Of a stretch of 64,000 nt of DNA, positions 1 to 11,449 are shown one piece after another. Numbering within the stretch: position 1 is the first letter of the stretch; every line of letters starts with the position of its first letter. The notes under the pieces are model-generated. The model saw nothing but the letters and a program-made list of their open reading frames with translations, had not been told where the DNA came from and searched no databases. The stretch comes from Podarcis melisellensis (taxonomy: Eukaryota). Position numbers and translations under genes: made by a program. The stretch is taken from NCBI GenBank assembly GCA_964234715.1, contig OZ174279.1; one strand, written 5' to 3'.

Positions 1-1097
1 GCAGTTTCCTTGCCGAAGAGCAGGGAAGAAAAAATGCTGGTAATTTGTGTACCATCCCTGAACAATCTAAAGACTACATGCCATGCGCAAGGGGGAGGAG
101 AAGCACCTAGCAAATGAAAACGCAAGAAGGAAGTTGACTGACTGGGCATTGGTATAGTTGGTATCGCTCCAGCTGGATCACAGAGTCAGATCTGACAGTT
201 TCCACAATGAATAGCCTCCCACGCGCTTCTCATATTAGTAGCTATTATGAAATAACAGAATAAAGTTCAGGTTTGTGTGATAATACAGGCAAATACTTAG
301 GACCCTCCAGTTAAAAATATTCATATTACGAAAGCTTTTTTTTGTTAAAGCTGTTTCCATCACATTCATTTTTTAAAAGCAACACTTTCCTTATTACATG
401 TGTTTATTATATTTATAATCCTGCTTTTGAGGAAAACAAATAAATATATACCCAAGCAGATTACATAACTTGAAGTACAATACTCAATGCAGTGTTTCTG
501 TTTTTTAAAGAGGAATTCAAGGCACAAAATTAAACCCAACAGTACATTTAGGCATTTGTGGGTGCCAGACACTTAATCCATGGACTCAACAAGTGTTAAG
601 GGAACAAAGGGAAAGGCCATTAAGAAGGCAAATGCTCTGAGCCAAATAGCAAAGAGGTGGGGCCCCTCCTCCAGCTCTTAGATAGTCAGGAGGACAAAAG
701 CCAGAGTTTAGAGTCTGTGTGTAATATGAGCTAGAAGTAAAAGCTGCTGGCTGAAAAGCCAGAGAAGCAGAACATGATGTTTGATTTCTGTTTGAATCCA
801 AGGCTGCAGCTGTAACAGAAACCAGATCCTTTTGGGGTGTTAATGCTGTGAACCCCTCCATTGTAGGCTCAGGTTGTATATATGTGTAAATAAACTATAT
901 ATCATAAACATACAACAATCTCTGCCGTGCCTCATTGACAAAAGGAAAACATGAACCCTGGGTGAGTGCCTGGAACCCTTAGAACCTCACACTGCAACAA
1001 TACTAGTTACAAGATAGGTAGCCGTGTTGGTCTGCCATAGTCAAAACAAAAAAATTCCTTCCAGTAGCACCTTAAAGACCAACTAAGTTAGTTCTTG

Positions 1098-1135
1098 GTA
1101 TGAGCTTTCGTGTGCATGCACACTTCTTCAGATAC
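1098..1135 (-). ncRNA. Minimal type I hammerhead ribozyme motif in PLE pLTR
   Basis: Minus strand reads GUAU-CUGAAGA-A-GUGUG(CAUG)CACAC-GAAA-GC-UC-AUAC: stem I GUAU/AUAC, CUGANGA and GAAA core, palindromic AGCU in place of stem III. Confidence 0.8.
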
Positions 1136-1380
1136 ACTGAAACAGAAGTTTCCAGACCCTTGTATATAGTGAGAAGGTGGGGAGGGGTATTACTCAGAAG
1201 GGTGGTGGGAATGGGTGATTGGCAGATAGCTGTGATGAGCCTGTTGACGACTCTTAACGACTGCAATAGGTCTTACAGGAAAAAGCAAGGGGTGAGAAGG
1301 TGGAAAATGGCTTTGTCGTGTATAATGAGATAAGAATCCAATGTCTTTGTTCAGACCAGGTCTCTCCATGGTTTTAAACT

Positions 1381-1416
1381 TATCTGAAGAAGTGTGCATG
1401 CACACGAAAGCTCATA
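1381..1416 (+). ncRNA. Minimal type I hammerhead ribozyme motif (inverted copy)
   Basis: TAT-CTGAAGA-A-GTGTGCATGCACAC-GAAA-GC-TC-ATA; core intact, stem I only 3 bp. Confidence 0.75.
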
Positions 1417-2313
1417 CCAAGAACTAACTTAGTTGGTCTTTAAGGTGCTACTGGAAGGAATTTTTTTTGTTGTTGCAACAATACTAGACAGAGACAGCAG
1501 AATGTTAGGAAGATCCCTTATACTGGTCCCTGTAGAACGGACTTGCAGCAGTCCTCAGATAAACATATTAAACATATTAAAATAAAAAATCTGGCACTGA
1601 TACATAGAATTGCATCATTCCAAAAATGAATAGTCCCTGAAATATATTTTGAAAGTTCAGGTTCTGAAGGCGGATTAAAGGAAGGTCTCCAGCAAAAACC
1701 TTTTCCAGCCCTGCTAGCAGAGATCATTTCTAAATAGATATGTTGGGTAATGAACTTGAGATGTTCTGCATCCCAAACATGTTACTAAGCCTTTGTAATG
1801 CTAGAAGGATATAAAATGTGGCCTTAGTGAAGGACATTACATAGTGTGTGTGCGTGTGTAAAAAATGGTTTGGGGGATACTTGACAAAGCTGAGTAGCTT
1901 TTTAAAATAGAGCAGCTGAAGAGATAAGGAGAAACAACTAAGTTGAGAAGCTTAGGAAGAGAAGGAAGCAGATGGACAAAGATTCAGAAAGTAGAGGAAC
2001 CATGAACATTGGCAACAGACTGTGACAGAAACAGCAACATGCTTTCTCCTGAGTCAGATCATGGGTCCATCTAGATCAGTACTGTCTATTCTACATTGCC
2101 TGCCAGTAATTCTTCACGGTTTTATTTTGGAATTTTCTAGCCCTGGCTGGAGATGCCAGAGGCTGAACCTGTGACATTTTGCATGCAAAGCATTTACAAT
2201 TGCTTATTCAATACATTTGTTATAATTAAATTAACTGGGTGCATGTTGGGATACTGGGGGTTTTGCTGCTTTTTCCTCTCTGGGGGGTCTGGGCTGAGGT
2301 TGCGGCTGCAGAG

Positions 2314-2673
2314 ATGGACGTCTTTTTAATGATCCGACGTCACAAGACGACCATCTTCACAGACGCCAAGGAGTCCAGTACGGTGTATGAGCTGAAAAGA
2401 ATTGTTGAGGGGATACTTAAGAGACCCCCAGAAGAACAAAGGCTATACAAGGATGACCAACTGTTGGATGACAGCAAAACCCTCGGAGACTGTGGCTTCA
2501 CCAACCAGACGGCACGACCTCAGGCCCCAGCAACAGTTGGCTTGGCCTTCAGAGCCAGTGAAGATGCCTTTGAGCCCCTCCGCATTGATCCCTTCTCCAG
2601 CCCCCCGGAGCTCCCAGACGTGATGAAGCCCCAGGACTCTGGCAGCAGCGCCAACGAGCAAGCGGTGCAGTGA
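2314..2673 (+). CDS. ELOB: Elongin B processed retrocopy, intact 119-aa ORF (retrogene or very young processed pseudogene)
   Basis: [39 protein letters not shown]...SSANEQAVQ is elongin B. No introns; AATAAA at 2898-2903; A-rich tail 2927-2937; perfect TSD ATAATTAAATTAACTG at 2222-2237 and 2938-2953. Insert spans 2238-2937. Confidence 0.9.
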   Translation: MDVFLMIRRHKTTIFTDAKESSTVYELKRIVEGILKRPPEEQRLYKDDQLLDDSKTLGDCGFTNQTARPQAPATVGLAFRASEDAFEPLRIDPFSSPPELPDVMKPQDSGSSANEQAVQ

Positions 2674-3434
2674 GAGGCCAGAGGGCGACAGAGCGAGCTG
2701 CACAACCCGTGGCGCCCCTTCCCCACCACCCACTCCCTCCCTCAACCCTCCGGCGTGGAGAGAGACATGGCACTGTCCCACCCCTCCAATCCAGATCCCC
2801 CTTTTACTCCACCCCTCTCTATACAAGACCACACCTCCTTCCAAGCCCCTCCCCACTCATCAAACAGAGCAATGTTTTCATTTTTGGTTTTGAAAACAAT
2901 AAAAGTTCAGCTGTTGTTTTTTTTTCAAAAAAATAAAATAATTAAATTAACTGTTCTGAATTTAAAATATACATGTGTTTGTGTTAATTAAGACTTCAAA
3001 GTGATTGTGTTCTGCCATTTCTCATCCATTGTACTGTGCTCATTACACCTTAATGTCTACCACATGTTCTTTTGGGGCATTCTCCCCTCACACAATTACA
3101 GTCCTGTGAAAGGAAGAGCAGGGCTGCTCCTGCTGCTTCCACCCCCAATGTTTGCATCCTCACTGGTCCTGTCTTCTGGCATTCATGCATTTAACAGGGA
3201 ATGTCTGAATTGGGCAGTTTGCTATATATAAACAAAGGTTTCCTATATGATTTAGAACTCAGCAAGCATGGTTGCAATCTCTTTCTCACACAAGTGTGAT
3301 TACTTGAAGGTAGAATTCCTGAAAGGACTATTGTTCGTGCTGGCTAGGGCTGATGGGATTTAGAGTCCAACAATATTTGGAAGGCTACAGTTTAGTCACC
3401 TCTCCTTTATTGGATTTAAGGCTGCAATGTTATA

Positions 3435-3664
3435 CAGTGGTACCTCGGGGTACAGACGCTTCAGGTTACAGACGCTTCAGGTTACAGACTCCGCTAACCT
3501 AGAAATAGTACCTTGGGTTAAGAACTTTGCTTTAGGATGAGAACAGAAATTGTGCGGCGGCGCAGGAGGCCCAATTAGCTAAAGTGGTACCTCGGGTGAA
3601 GAACAGTTTCAGGTTAAGAACGGACCTCCGGAACAAATTAAGTTCTTAACCAGAGGTACCACTG
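3435..3664. mobile_element. Tc1/mariner-pogo (Tigger-like) MITE
   Basis: TIRs CAGTGGTACCTC...GAGGTACCACTG flanked by TA; close relative at 31899-32113. Confidence 0.85.
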
Positions 3665-3934
3665 TACAGAGTTGTTTTGAATACTGTATTTACCCCCTGC
3701 CCACTAACCCAACTTCTGGAGGCAGCTTGCAATATTCTTATGGGTTTTCTATCATATTTCTGTTAATAGGACTACCAGTGTGGGTTGGACTTGACAAAGG
3801 AGTGTTAATAGCTTGAGATGTTCAGGTGACATGTCTTATGAGAGCTAATTGCCATATGAAAGATTACTGTGTGACAAAGGACTAGCCCGGGATATTGTGA
3901 ATAGAGGAAAAATATGAGAGGTAGGCAGGGAGCA

Positions 3935-4289
3935 GGTGGCGTTGTGGGCTAAAGCCTCAGCGCCTAGGACTTGCCGATTGAAAGGTCGGCGGTTCGAATC
4001 CCTGCGGCGGGGTGCGCTCCCGCTGCTCGGTCCCAGCGCCTGCCAACCTAGCAGTTCGAAAGCACCCCCGGGTGCAAGTAGATAAATAGGGACCGCTTAC
4101 CAGCGGGAAGGTAAACGGCGTTTCCGTGTGCGGCTCTGGCTCGCCAGATGCAGCTTTGTCACGCTGGCCACGTGACCCGGAAGTGTCTCCGGACAGCGCT
4201 GGCCCCTGGCCTCTTGAGTGAGATGGGCGCACAACCCCAGAGTCTGTCAAGACTGGCCCGTACGGGCAGGGGTACCTTTACCTTTACCC
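3935..4289 (+). mobile_element. Sauria SINE, near full length
   Basis: tRNA-like head (GGTGGCGTTGTGG...GGTTCGAATCCC), (ACCTTT)n tail, 13-bp TSD TAGGCAGGGAGCA at 3922-3934 and 4290-4302. Confidence 0.9.
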
Positions 4290-5759
4290 TAGGCAGGGAG
4301 CAATGGGAGTATGCTTTCTTGTCTAGCTACAAATGATGTATTCTAGGCCTCCGTGTGTGAATAAAGGAGGCAGGTTGCAATTTTTGGAGAAGTGGAAAAG
4401 ATAAACAGAGGACTTGTTAAGCTCCAGAAAGTACCATTTGGAGAGGGAATCTGGAGATCTGATGTGGAACAGTGGATTTGGCTGACTGTTGGAATGTTAA
4501 GTTGTCCCTCTTGCTCAATCTGTGTACTTACAAATAAATTAAAATATTACAAAACAGCAAAAGCCTCCAGTGACCTCATTCCAAAGAAAACTAAATCTGG
4601 GTAAGTGCTGTGTCCCTGGAACTTCCACAGCACTTGGAAGCTTTCCAACAGCAAAGCATGCTTGTCCAATTGTCTAGAGGTAGATATTTACATGCATCCA
4701 GGGAGTAAGCTAGTGAGTAATTACAAATCTTTCTCCAACATTTAAAAGAGAGAGAGAGAGAAATAGAAAGTGATTATATAACATATTCCATTTTATTTTA
4801 ACAATCAAAAGAGCAATGCTTCGTATGATGCTTATAGGAATCAACATCCAACATTTATTTCAGTACATATTTTGAAATACCAGCCTATGTCCTTGAACTC
4901 TTAAGTGCTGCTTAGGTTGCTCTCTTCTTCTCTTTAATTTCTTGAGCTCTTATGTGTTCCATGTAAGTTTTTTAAAAATCAAAGCTTTACTACTTGCATA
5001 TGCAGTTCCATGGGTTACACATATGAGTGCATTTGTTTTCAGGTACTCAGCTGCAGGCATAAATCAGGAGTAAATATGCACAACACAAGAAGCACTTATC
5101 CAAGATTGGAGGGGAAGATACTGAAGAACAGTTGTATTTCCCAGCAATCAGTAACTTCCAGAGGATATTTGGACATCAGTTCACAAACTCACAGATGATG
5201 CAGGACATGACAGTGGTCCCCAGCTTGTGCCACCTCTAAGTCTCCCTTTAAAAAGCTGGGAAGGGGGGGGGGGATGTGAAGAAAACCTGTAGCAACTAAC
5301 AAGATCTGACCCAGGTGGAGAAGCAAAGGGTGAGATTAATTTCCTGTTCTCTACACTGTGGACTCTTTAGTTGCCAAGACTAGTCTGGATCCCAGGAGCA
5401 CAGACAGATCATAATTATCATCGTACTCACGATTATTCTGAAATGTGTTCCAAGTCGAGCAAAAGGGAAACCTTTAGAGAATTCTGATGTAAGTGGTCAG
5501 CATGAAGTCAGATAGTATAAAACATGTAGCTACAGCCCTGGTTTAATAGTGTGCTGAAAAATGCATGAGCTTCACAGAGCCCATTTGCGGTAAAAGATGC
5601 TAAGAGAAAGCTTCCGTTTTTCATTTGGAAACCAAGCAAAAGCAGAGCCAGGAGAGTAGTAATATACGGTTTTACCAAGTTCCGCATGAAGGTGGACCGT
5701 GTGCAATGCTGATCGCAAATATGTCAAAGTTGCCAGCTTTATTTAGTTTAATTGGTAGG

Positions 5760-6670
5760 TGTCATGACCCTCACCCTGAGCAACAGCTTGTTTCCCAATT
5801 TTGACTCAGGTGAGGAGGGACCAGCCAGGTAAGGTGGAACAGCAGCACAGGAGCCAGAGGTGGCACACACCAACCCAGGCAGCAACATTACACCAGAGAG
5901 CTCATAAGCCAGGACCCATCAATACAAGGACCCCTGAATTTGAATCTCGAGATGAAGAAACTTCTGAGCATGTATGTCGCAGTGATCTACACAAACACAC
6001 GGGGGGGGGGGCTGACAGGAGCGAGCCTGCAGGTGGAGTTTATTACCAAAAATGGGATTCACACAGGAGTGTCAGGCCTAATGAGCACAGCAACTCAACT
6101 CGAGCAGGTCTTGCCCCTATGAAGCAGTTGCTGAGACTGGATGGCCTCATCTCCCCACAGCTGCTTAAGTCCCCACCTCTCCATGGTTTCCCCAATCTGA
6201 GGCTGCACCTATGTGAAGCTAACTTCTCTACCCTCTTCATGCCTATCCTGGTTCTGGGAGACTGGGGGGAGGAAAGCTTGTTGCAGCAGGAGGGTGAGAC
6301 ATCCATGCCTCCACCAGCCAGATTCAAATCTTCCTCTTGGACTCCTTCCTCTCCTGCTTCAACTTCTAGACTTCTCTCTGCCACAGATTCCCTCCACTCA
6401 CTATGCACTCTTCAGCTTCCAGCACGTCCTCCCAGTCTTCTCCCTCCGACCACTCATTGTCATCCCACCCAATCCCATGGCTCTGGGCCCTCTTCTCTTG
6501 GGAGTTCCCCAGCTGGTTCCTCCCATCATTCTTCTGTGTTCAACCAGTTCACGCCAGAAGTCCATGCCTGGCAGTCTATGCCAACAACAAACCTAGGGAG
6601 AACTAACAGAGAGCAGGCAGAGTGCTAAGAACCAGGCCACAGGACTGCTGCTTTAAGGCCTTATTATCCT
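5760..6670. mobile_element. Probable degraded LTR-retrotransposon (Gypsy-like LTR) relic
   Basis: Starts TGTCA; minus-strand AATAAA near 6039-6044; composition differs from flanks. Boundaries uncertain, no TSD found. Confidence 0.35.
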
Positions 6671-6676
6671 CTGAGA

Positions 6677-6981
6677 GGGATGCAGGTGGCACTGTGGGTT
6701 AAACCACAGAGCCTAGGACTTGCTGATCAGAAGGTCGGCGATTCGAATCACTACGACGGGGTGAGCTCCCAGCTCCTGCCAACCTAGCAGTTCGAAAGCA
6801 CATCAAAGTGCAAGTAGATAAATAGGTACCGCTCTGGCGGGAAGGTAAACGGCATTTCTGTGCGCTGCTCTGGTTCGCAAGTAGTGGCTTAGTCATGCTG
6901 GCCACATGACCCGGAAGCTGTACGCCGGCTCCCTCGGCCAATAAAGCCAGATGAGCGCCGCAACTCCAGAGTCGGTCACGA
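6677..6981 (+). mobile_element. Sauria SINE, 3' end missing
   Basis: Shares diagnostic blocks with 3935-4289, e.g. CCTGCCAACCTAGCAGTTCGAAAGCA and GTGCAAGTAGATAAATAGG. Confidence 0.88.
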
Positions 6982-8029
6982 GTGGATCTGGCGTTATCCA
7001 GGAAAAAGCTCCAGATATTTGAGCTTCCCGGGATTCTGTAATGCTGGGCTGCCTTGTTGAATGTCAGACAGGACAGAATGTTAAGCCATTAATGCTTTAC
7101 TGATTAATTTCATATTCTGATTGGAAACTGCATGTTTAGAATTAATAGTTAGATAGCGTTGATTGACTGGGACTAGAATAGGGATCCAGAAGAAGTGTAT
7201 ATACGGCCAAGTGCTGGTCACCAGCAGTTAGTTAGTTGGATTGGCAGCTCATGTTGGTTGGTGTTCCTGGTAGACAGCCAGAAGGAAGAAGACCTGAAAA
7301 GAATAGAGGGTGACTGGAGAACCGCTGGGGTCACTGAATGACTTGGCTTAGGGTTACAAGTCAATGGGAGAACTTGAATTGACAAAGGCAAGTGTGGCAA
7401 GGGGCAGAATCACACACAAAAGCCTCCCCACATCCTTGGGCACATCAGTTCCCTGTCTGTCAACTTTCCACCTGTTCATGGGGCAAACCTGCACTGGGGC
7501 TTCTACTTGTGTTTGTCTGGACGTGAGTAGAATCCCTCACATGATTAGGGAACCTTCTTTATCAGGATCCCAGATAGCACAAAAGTTCTACCCACATTCA
7601 AATGAAGTCAAGTAGAAGTGCCATGCAGATGTTTAGAATGAGGGTGGAGGAGGAGATGCCTGAGGGTGTTGGGGTGGGGCTTCCATGTGAGCCTCTGCTT
7701 CCACCTTGACTGGAAGGTGTCAGTAGGTATGTCACTGAACATGCCTATGGTCTACAGCCATCCAGTCTCAAAAGCTGGAAAGAATACGGCCACTTGTGCA
7801 CCAAAAATAGCCCACAGCCAAAAGCACATAACTCCAGATCCAGAATTAGGGAAGAAGTGCAGCTAAATCAAAGGCCAAAACAGAAAGGAAATCAAGTATC
7901 CTGGAAGGAACTCAAAGGACAATTCTACATAGCAACCAACCAGGTAACTGAAAGAAAGTCAGAATGTTCTGGTAGGAAGCCCTAAATGCCAACATGGAGT
8001 CAGGAGAGGCTGTGCAAGTCTTGGACTAG

Positions 8030-8296
8030 GGTCTTGCAATGGTGGACTAGATAAAGGTCAAAAAACTGAGCTTAAATCCTGGATAAAAATGGAGATTTTG
8101 TGGGTGAGTGGTCAATTGCCTGTTTTGGATGGGGTTTCTCTCCCTCTGAAGGAGCAGATATGCAGACTGGGTCTACTGCTTGAGCCATCTCTGTCACTAG
8201 AGACCCAAGAGACCAGGAGTGCTTTTTGCCAGCTTCAGCTGGTATGCCACTTGCAACATTTTCTAGACCAAGACATCCTGACTACAGTGGTCCAGT
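8030..8296 (+). mobile_element. L2-like LINE fragment (post-RT region)
   Basis: Degenerate translation LNP..K.EILWV...VLDGVSLPLKEQICRLGLLLEPSLSL...AFCQLQLV, typical of squamate L2 ORF2. Confidence 0.7.
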
Positions 8297-9223
8297 AAAA
8301 GGTTGCCCACAAGAGAATGTGGCCCAGGGGCAGAAAAAGTTCCTGCAACCCTGCTACAGAGAACTGAATTCCAGGTTTGGGGGTATGGTCTCACCTAGAG
8401 AATATGTACATCTCCACAGAGAAATGCCAGACTAAATACCATGTTGAGATGATAGGATTTAAATCACACATTTTAGTAGTGTATTTTCTGAACACAAACA
8501 ATATTTTTAAAAGACTGTTCATGTTAGGCAGGGGCAATGTATCATGCAGAGTCATGGATGCAAATGTTTTCACCTTCCTTCCTTGGTGCTGTGATCAGGG
8601 AAACTGTGGCTGCATGTGTTAATACTGGCACTACAAATTATCTACAGCCAAACACTTCCTCCTAAGAACACTCCTGCAGTCCTGCTGAAATTCATTCTGA
8701 AAACCACATTTACATATTCTTATCAGACTGAGTTGTTCTAATGAAATAGTATATTCCCCCAGTTTAAGAGCACAATATGTTAACGCAATATGATAACAGG
8801 ATGCAACTACAGTTTTGCAGGATCTTCAAGGTCCTGCTACACTGCAGTATGTTTAATATACTCTAATCTTCCCATTCTAAATTCACTCCCTTAGCAAATC
8901 TAGGACACTCCTGTCTTTCTCTTCTTCCTCACTGCAGCAATCAATAAGTGTTACCCTCCAGTCTTCTTTACTGTTTGTGCACAGTACAACAAAGCAAATG
9001 TTCTGACTGAATTGAAGAGCTCCATTATTTAACACACACAGGCCTACCCTGAGAAAGAAACTGGTTCTATGGTTCGGAGAAACAACAGCATTGGGAAGCT
9101 GGTTAAGGGATACGGATCCTAGCAGTTCTGTATATCATAACTGTCTATCTCCAAGAGCCAAAACAGCTTGCGCTGGGTGGAACCGTCCCCAACCTTCAGC
9201 GGCAGCCGGTTGGAAGAACTGAC

Positions 9224-9252
9224 ATCAGCACTGCGGCAAAATGGACAGCTCC
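9224..9252 (+). promoter_or_regulatory. Candidate non-canonical (wide-spaced) RE1/NRSE REST site
   Basis: ATCAGCACT-N10-GGACAGCTCC: both REST half-sites, ~550 bp upstream of the start codon of a neuron-specific gene. Confidence 0.5.
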
Positions 9253-9599
9253 ATCAGCATTTCTCCCTGTCATGCTTCCTAGCAAAGTCAGTCGGGAATG
9301 CGAGGCTAGGACCGGAAAGATGCACCACCAGCACTACCAGGTCCCTCCAAGCCTTCTATCCTTCCTCAGACGTGAGCCCCAAGATTTCAGCCAGCAGCGC
9401 CAGCTGCTTCCCATTCCCCAATAGGCGTTGTCTGCTCTGCCTTCTTCCGTCTTAGTCAGGGAGAGCCCAAGTTTCTCACCTCCGCTTACCTCCGCTACTC
9501 TGCAAACCAATGACCATCGTTCCTACATATACCAAGCTCTCTCACCCTGTAGAGGAGCAGCCCTTCTCCCACTTGCACCCCTAAATCCGCTGCATTCCC

Positions 9600-9802
9600 T
9601 TCCTGCTTACGCCCAATGGGGCTGCCGGAGCGCCCCAGCATCCTCTCATCCCCCGCCTGTCCCTCTCATCCCAATCTCCTCCCCTCGACCGCGCCCTAAA
9701 AGTGCAGCTTCCCCCCACCCCCGCCTTTCTGCGGCGCGACGGGCGACCCGCCTCCCTATATAAAGCAGGGACGGCGCAGGGAGCCTCTCTACTGCCTCCA
9801 GG
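9600..9802 (+). promoter_or_regulatory. INA core promoter: CpG island with TATA box
   Basis: TATATAAA at 9757-9764, CCAAT at ~9613, GC boxes; CpG-rich from ~9600 to 11000. Confidence 0.75.
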
Positions 9803-10813
9803 ATGAATTTCGGATCGGATTCTCACTACTTGGCCTCTTCCTACAGGAAGATCTTCGGGGAGCCTCCCCGCTACTCCTCCCGCCTGGGCAGCTCGACGGC
9901 GGGCAGCAGCTACCGCTCGCAGTCGGTGTCCCGCAGCAGCCATGCCGCCTCGTACCGGCTGGCGCAGGCGGAGAGCCTGGACCTGAGCCAGGCGGCGGCG
10001 GTGCACGACGAATTCCGCCTGACGCGCACCAACGAGAAGGAGCAGCTGCAGGGCCTCAACGACCGCTTCGCCGGCTACATCGAGAAAGTGCGGCAGCTGG
10101 AGCAGCACAACCGGCTGCTGGAGAGCGAGCTGGGCGCCTTGCGGCAGCGCCACGCCGAGCCCAGCCGGCTGGCCGAGCTGTTCCAGGCCGAGCTGCGCGA
10201 GCTGCGCGCCCAGCTGGAGGAGACCGAGGCCTCCCGGGCGCAGGCGGCGCTGGACCGCGAGCGGCTGGCCGAGGAAGTGCAGCGCCTGAGGGCGCACTGC
10301 GAGGACGAGGCCCGCGCCCGGGCCGAGGCCGAGCAGGCGCTGCGGGCGCAGCAGCGCGAGGTGGACGGCGCCACGCTGGCGCGCCTGGCGCTGGAGAAGA
10401 AGGTGGAGGCGCTGCTGGACGAGCTGGCCTTCGTGCGCAAAGTGCACTCGGAGGAGCTGGCCGAGCTGAGCGCCTCGCTGCAGGCGCCCGCGCTGGCCGC
10501 CGTCGAGCCGGACTCCCCCAAGGCCGACCTGACGGCGGCTCTCAAGGAGCTGCGCGGCCAGTACGAGGTGCTGGCGGCCAAGAACCTGCAGGCGGCCGAG
10601 GAGTGGTACCGCGGCAAGTTCGCCAACCTGAGCGAGCAGGCGGCGCGCAGCAACGAGGCCATCCGCGCCAGCCGCGAGGAGATCGGCGAGTACCGCCGCC
10701 AGCTGCAGGCGCGCACCCTCGAGGTGGAGAGCCTGCGCGGCGCCAACGAGTCCCTCGAGCGGCAGCTGCACGAGATGGAGGAGCGCCACCACGCCGAGGC
10801 CGTCGGCTTGCAG
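9803..10813 (+). CDS. INA: Alpha-internexin exon 1
   Basis: Type IV IF head ([15 protein letters not shown]) and rod start ([25 protein letters not shown]); donor CAG|GTGAGG. CDS join 9803-10813,13115-13239,14624-14936 = 482 aa; synteny with PCGF6/TAF5. Confidence 0.93.
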
Positions 10814-11449
10814 GTGAGGGCGCGCGCGCGCGGGCGGAGGGGAGGTCGCCTTTCCGCGCAGGCGCCGCGTCGTCATTCTCCGCACCGCGTCCGAGGACAC
10901 ACCTCGTGGCCAGACGCTGTCGATCGCCTTAGCGCGCTCGCCCCCTATCGCGCACGTAAGCGCCGCTTCTCCACCCACCCCTCCCCCGGTGGCTTCCGAT
11001 CACTAGCCGCCGAAAGCTGCAGGAAACGGATCTCTGGGTTGGCTCAGGATGACACTTGTCGCCTGTCATGTGCTGAATCAGACCGTTGGTTCATTCACAG
11101 CAGACTTAAGTCCAGTGCTTGGAAGCCTCCAGCTGCCCTCAGACGTTTGAGAATCTCGTTTCCAAAAATCTGCTAGGAGGGGTGGGGGAAAGTCTGTCAA
11201 CACATTCCGTCTGGATGGGGTGTTAAAACAGGCTAGGAGTTTTGCTTTTTGTGCAGGTGTCTTTTAGAAAAGCCATTCAAGGGTATCACTTGCATGCTTA
11301 TTTCTCTGGGCACCTTGAAAGCTCTTAACAGTTTACCATGGAGCTCTTGACTGTAGTGCAGTTGGGCCCATAAACAGAACCTCTTATCCATGAAGTGTTT
11401 TGATTGTGTGTCCATCTGTCCCGCCAGTCTCATGGTAATTCGTTGTGCA

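Larger units (their letters stand above)
1007..1473 (-). mobile_element. 5'-truncated Penelope-like element (PLE) with inverted pLTR arms
   Basis: 14-bp TSD TGCAACAATACTAG at 993-1006 and 1474-1487. ~90-bp inverted arms at 1045-1134 and 1381-1471. Minus-strand peptide KFKTMERPGLNKDIGFLSHY (~1322-1381) resembles the C-terminus of PLE GIY-YIG endonucleases. Confidence 0.85.

Noticed and set aside
575-1000. Possible LTR relic hosting the first PLE insertion
   Set aside because: AATAAA and U5-like look, but no termini or TSD could be fixed.
3935-4010. tRNA-like A/B boxes (also near 6680, 42600, 45740)
   Set aside because: SINE heads, not cloverleaf tRNA genes.
5801-6628. 275-aa ORF
   Set aside because: Non-ATG start, low complexity, no domain; lies in a probable LTR relic.
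1-9200. NT5C2 coding exons expected from synteny
   Set aside because: No NT5C2-like peptide recognised in any frame; the coding part probably lies left of the window.
9581-10978. 465-aa and 223-aa antisense ORFs over INA exon 1
   Set aside because: Shadow ORFs caused by very high GC3 codon usage on the coding strand; no recognisable domain.
10814-11176. In-frame continuation of the INA exon 1 ORF to 457 aa
   Set aside because: Read-through into GC-rich intron 1; the donor at 10813 joins exon 2 in phase to complete the rod.
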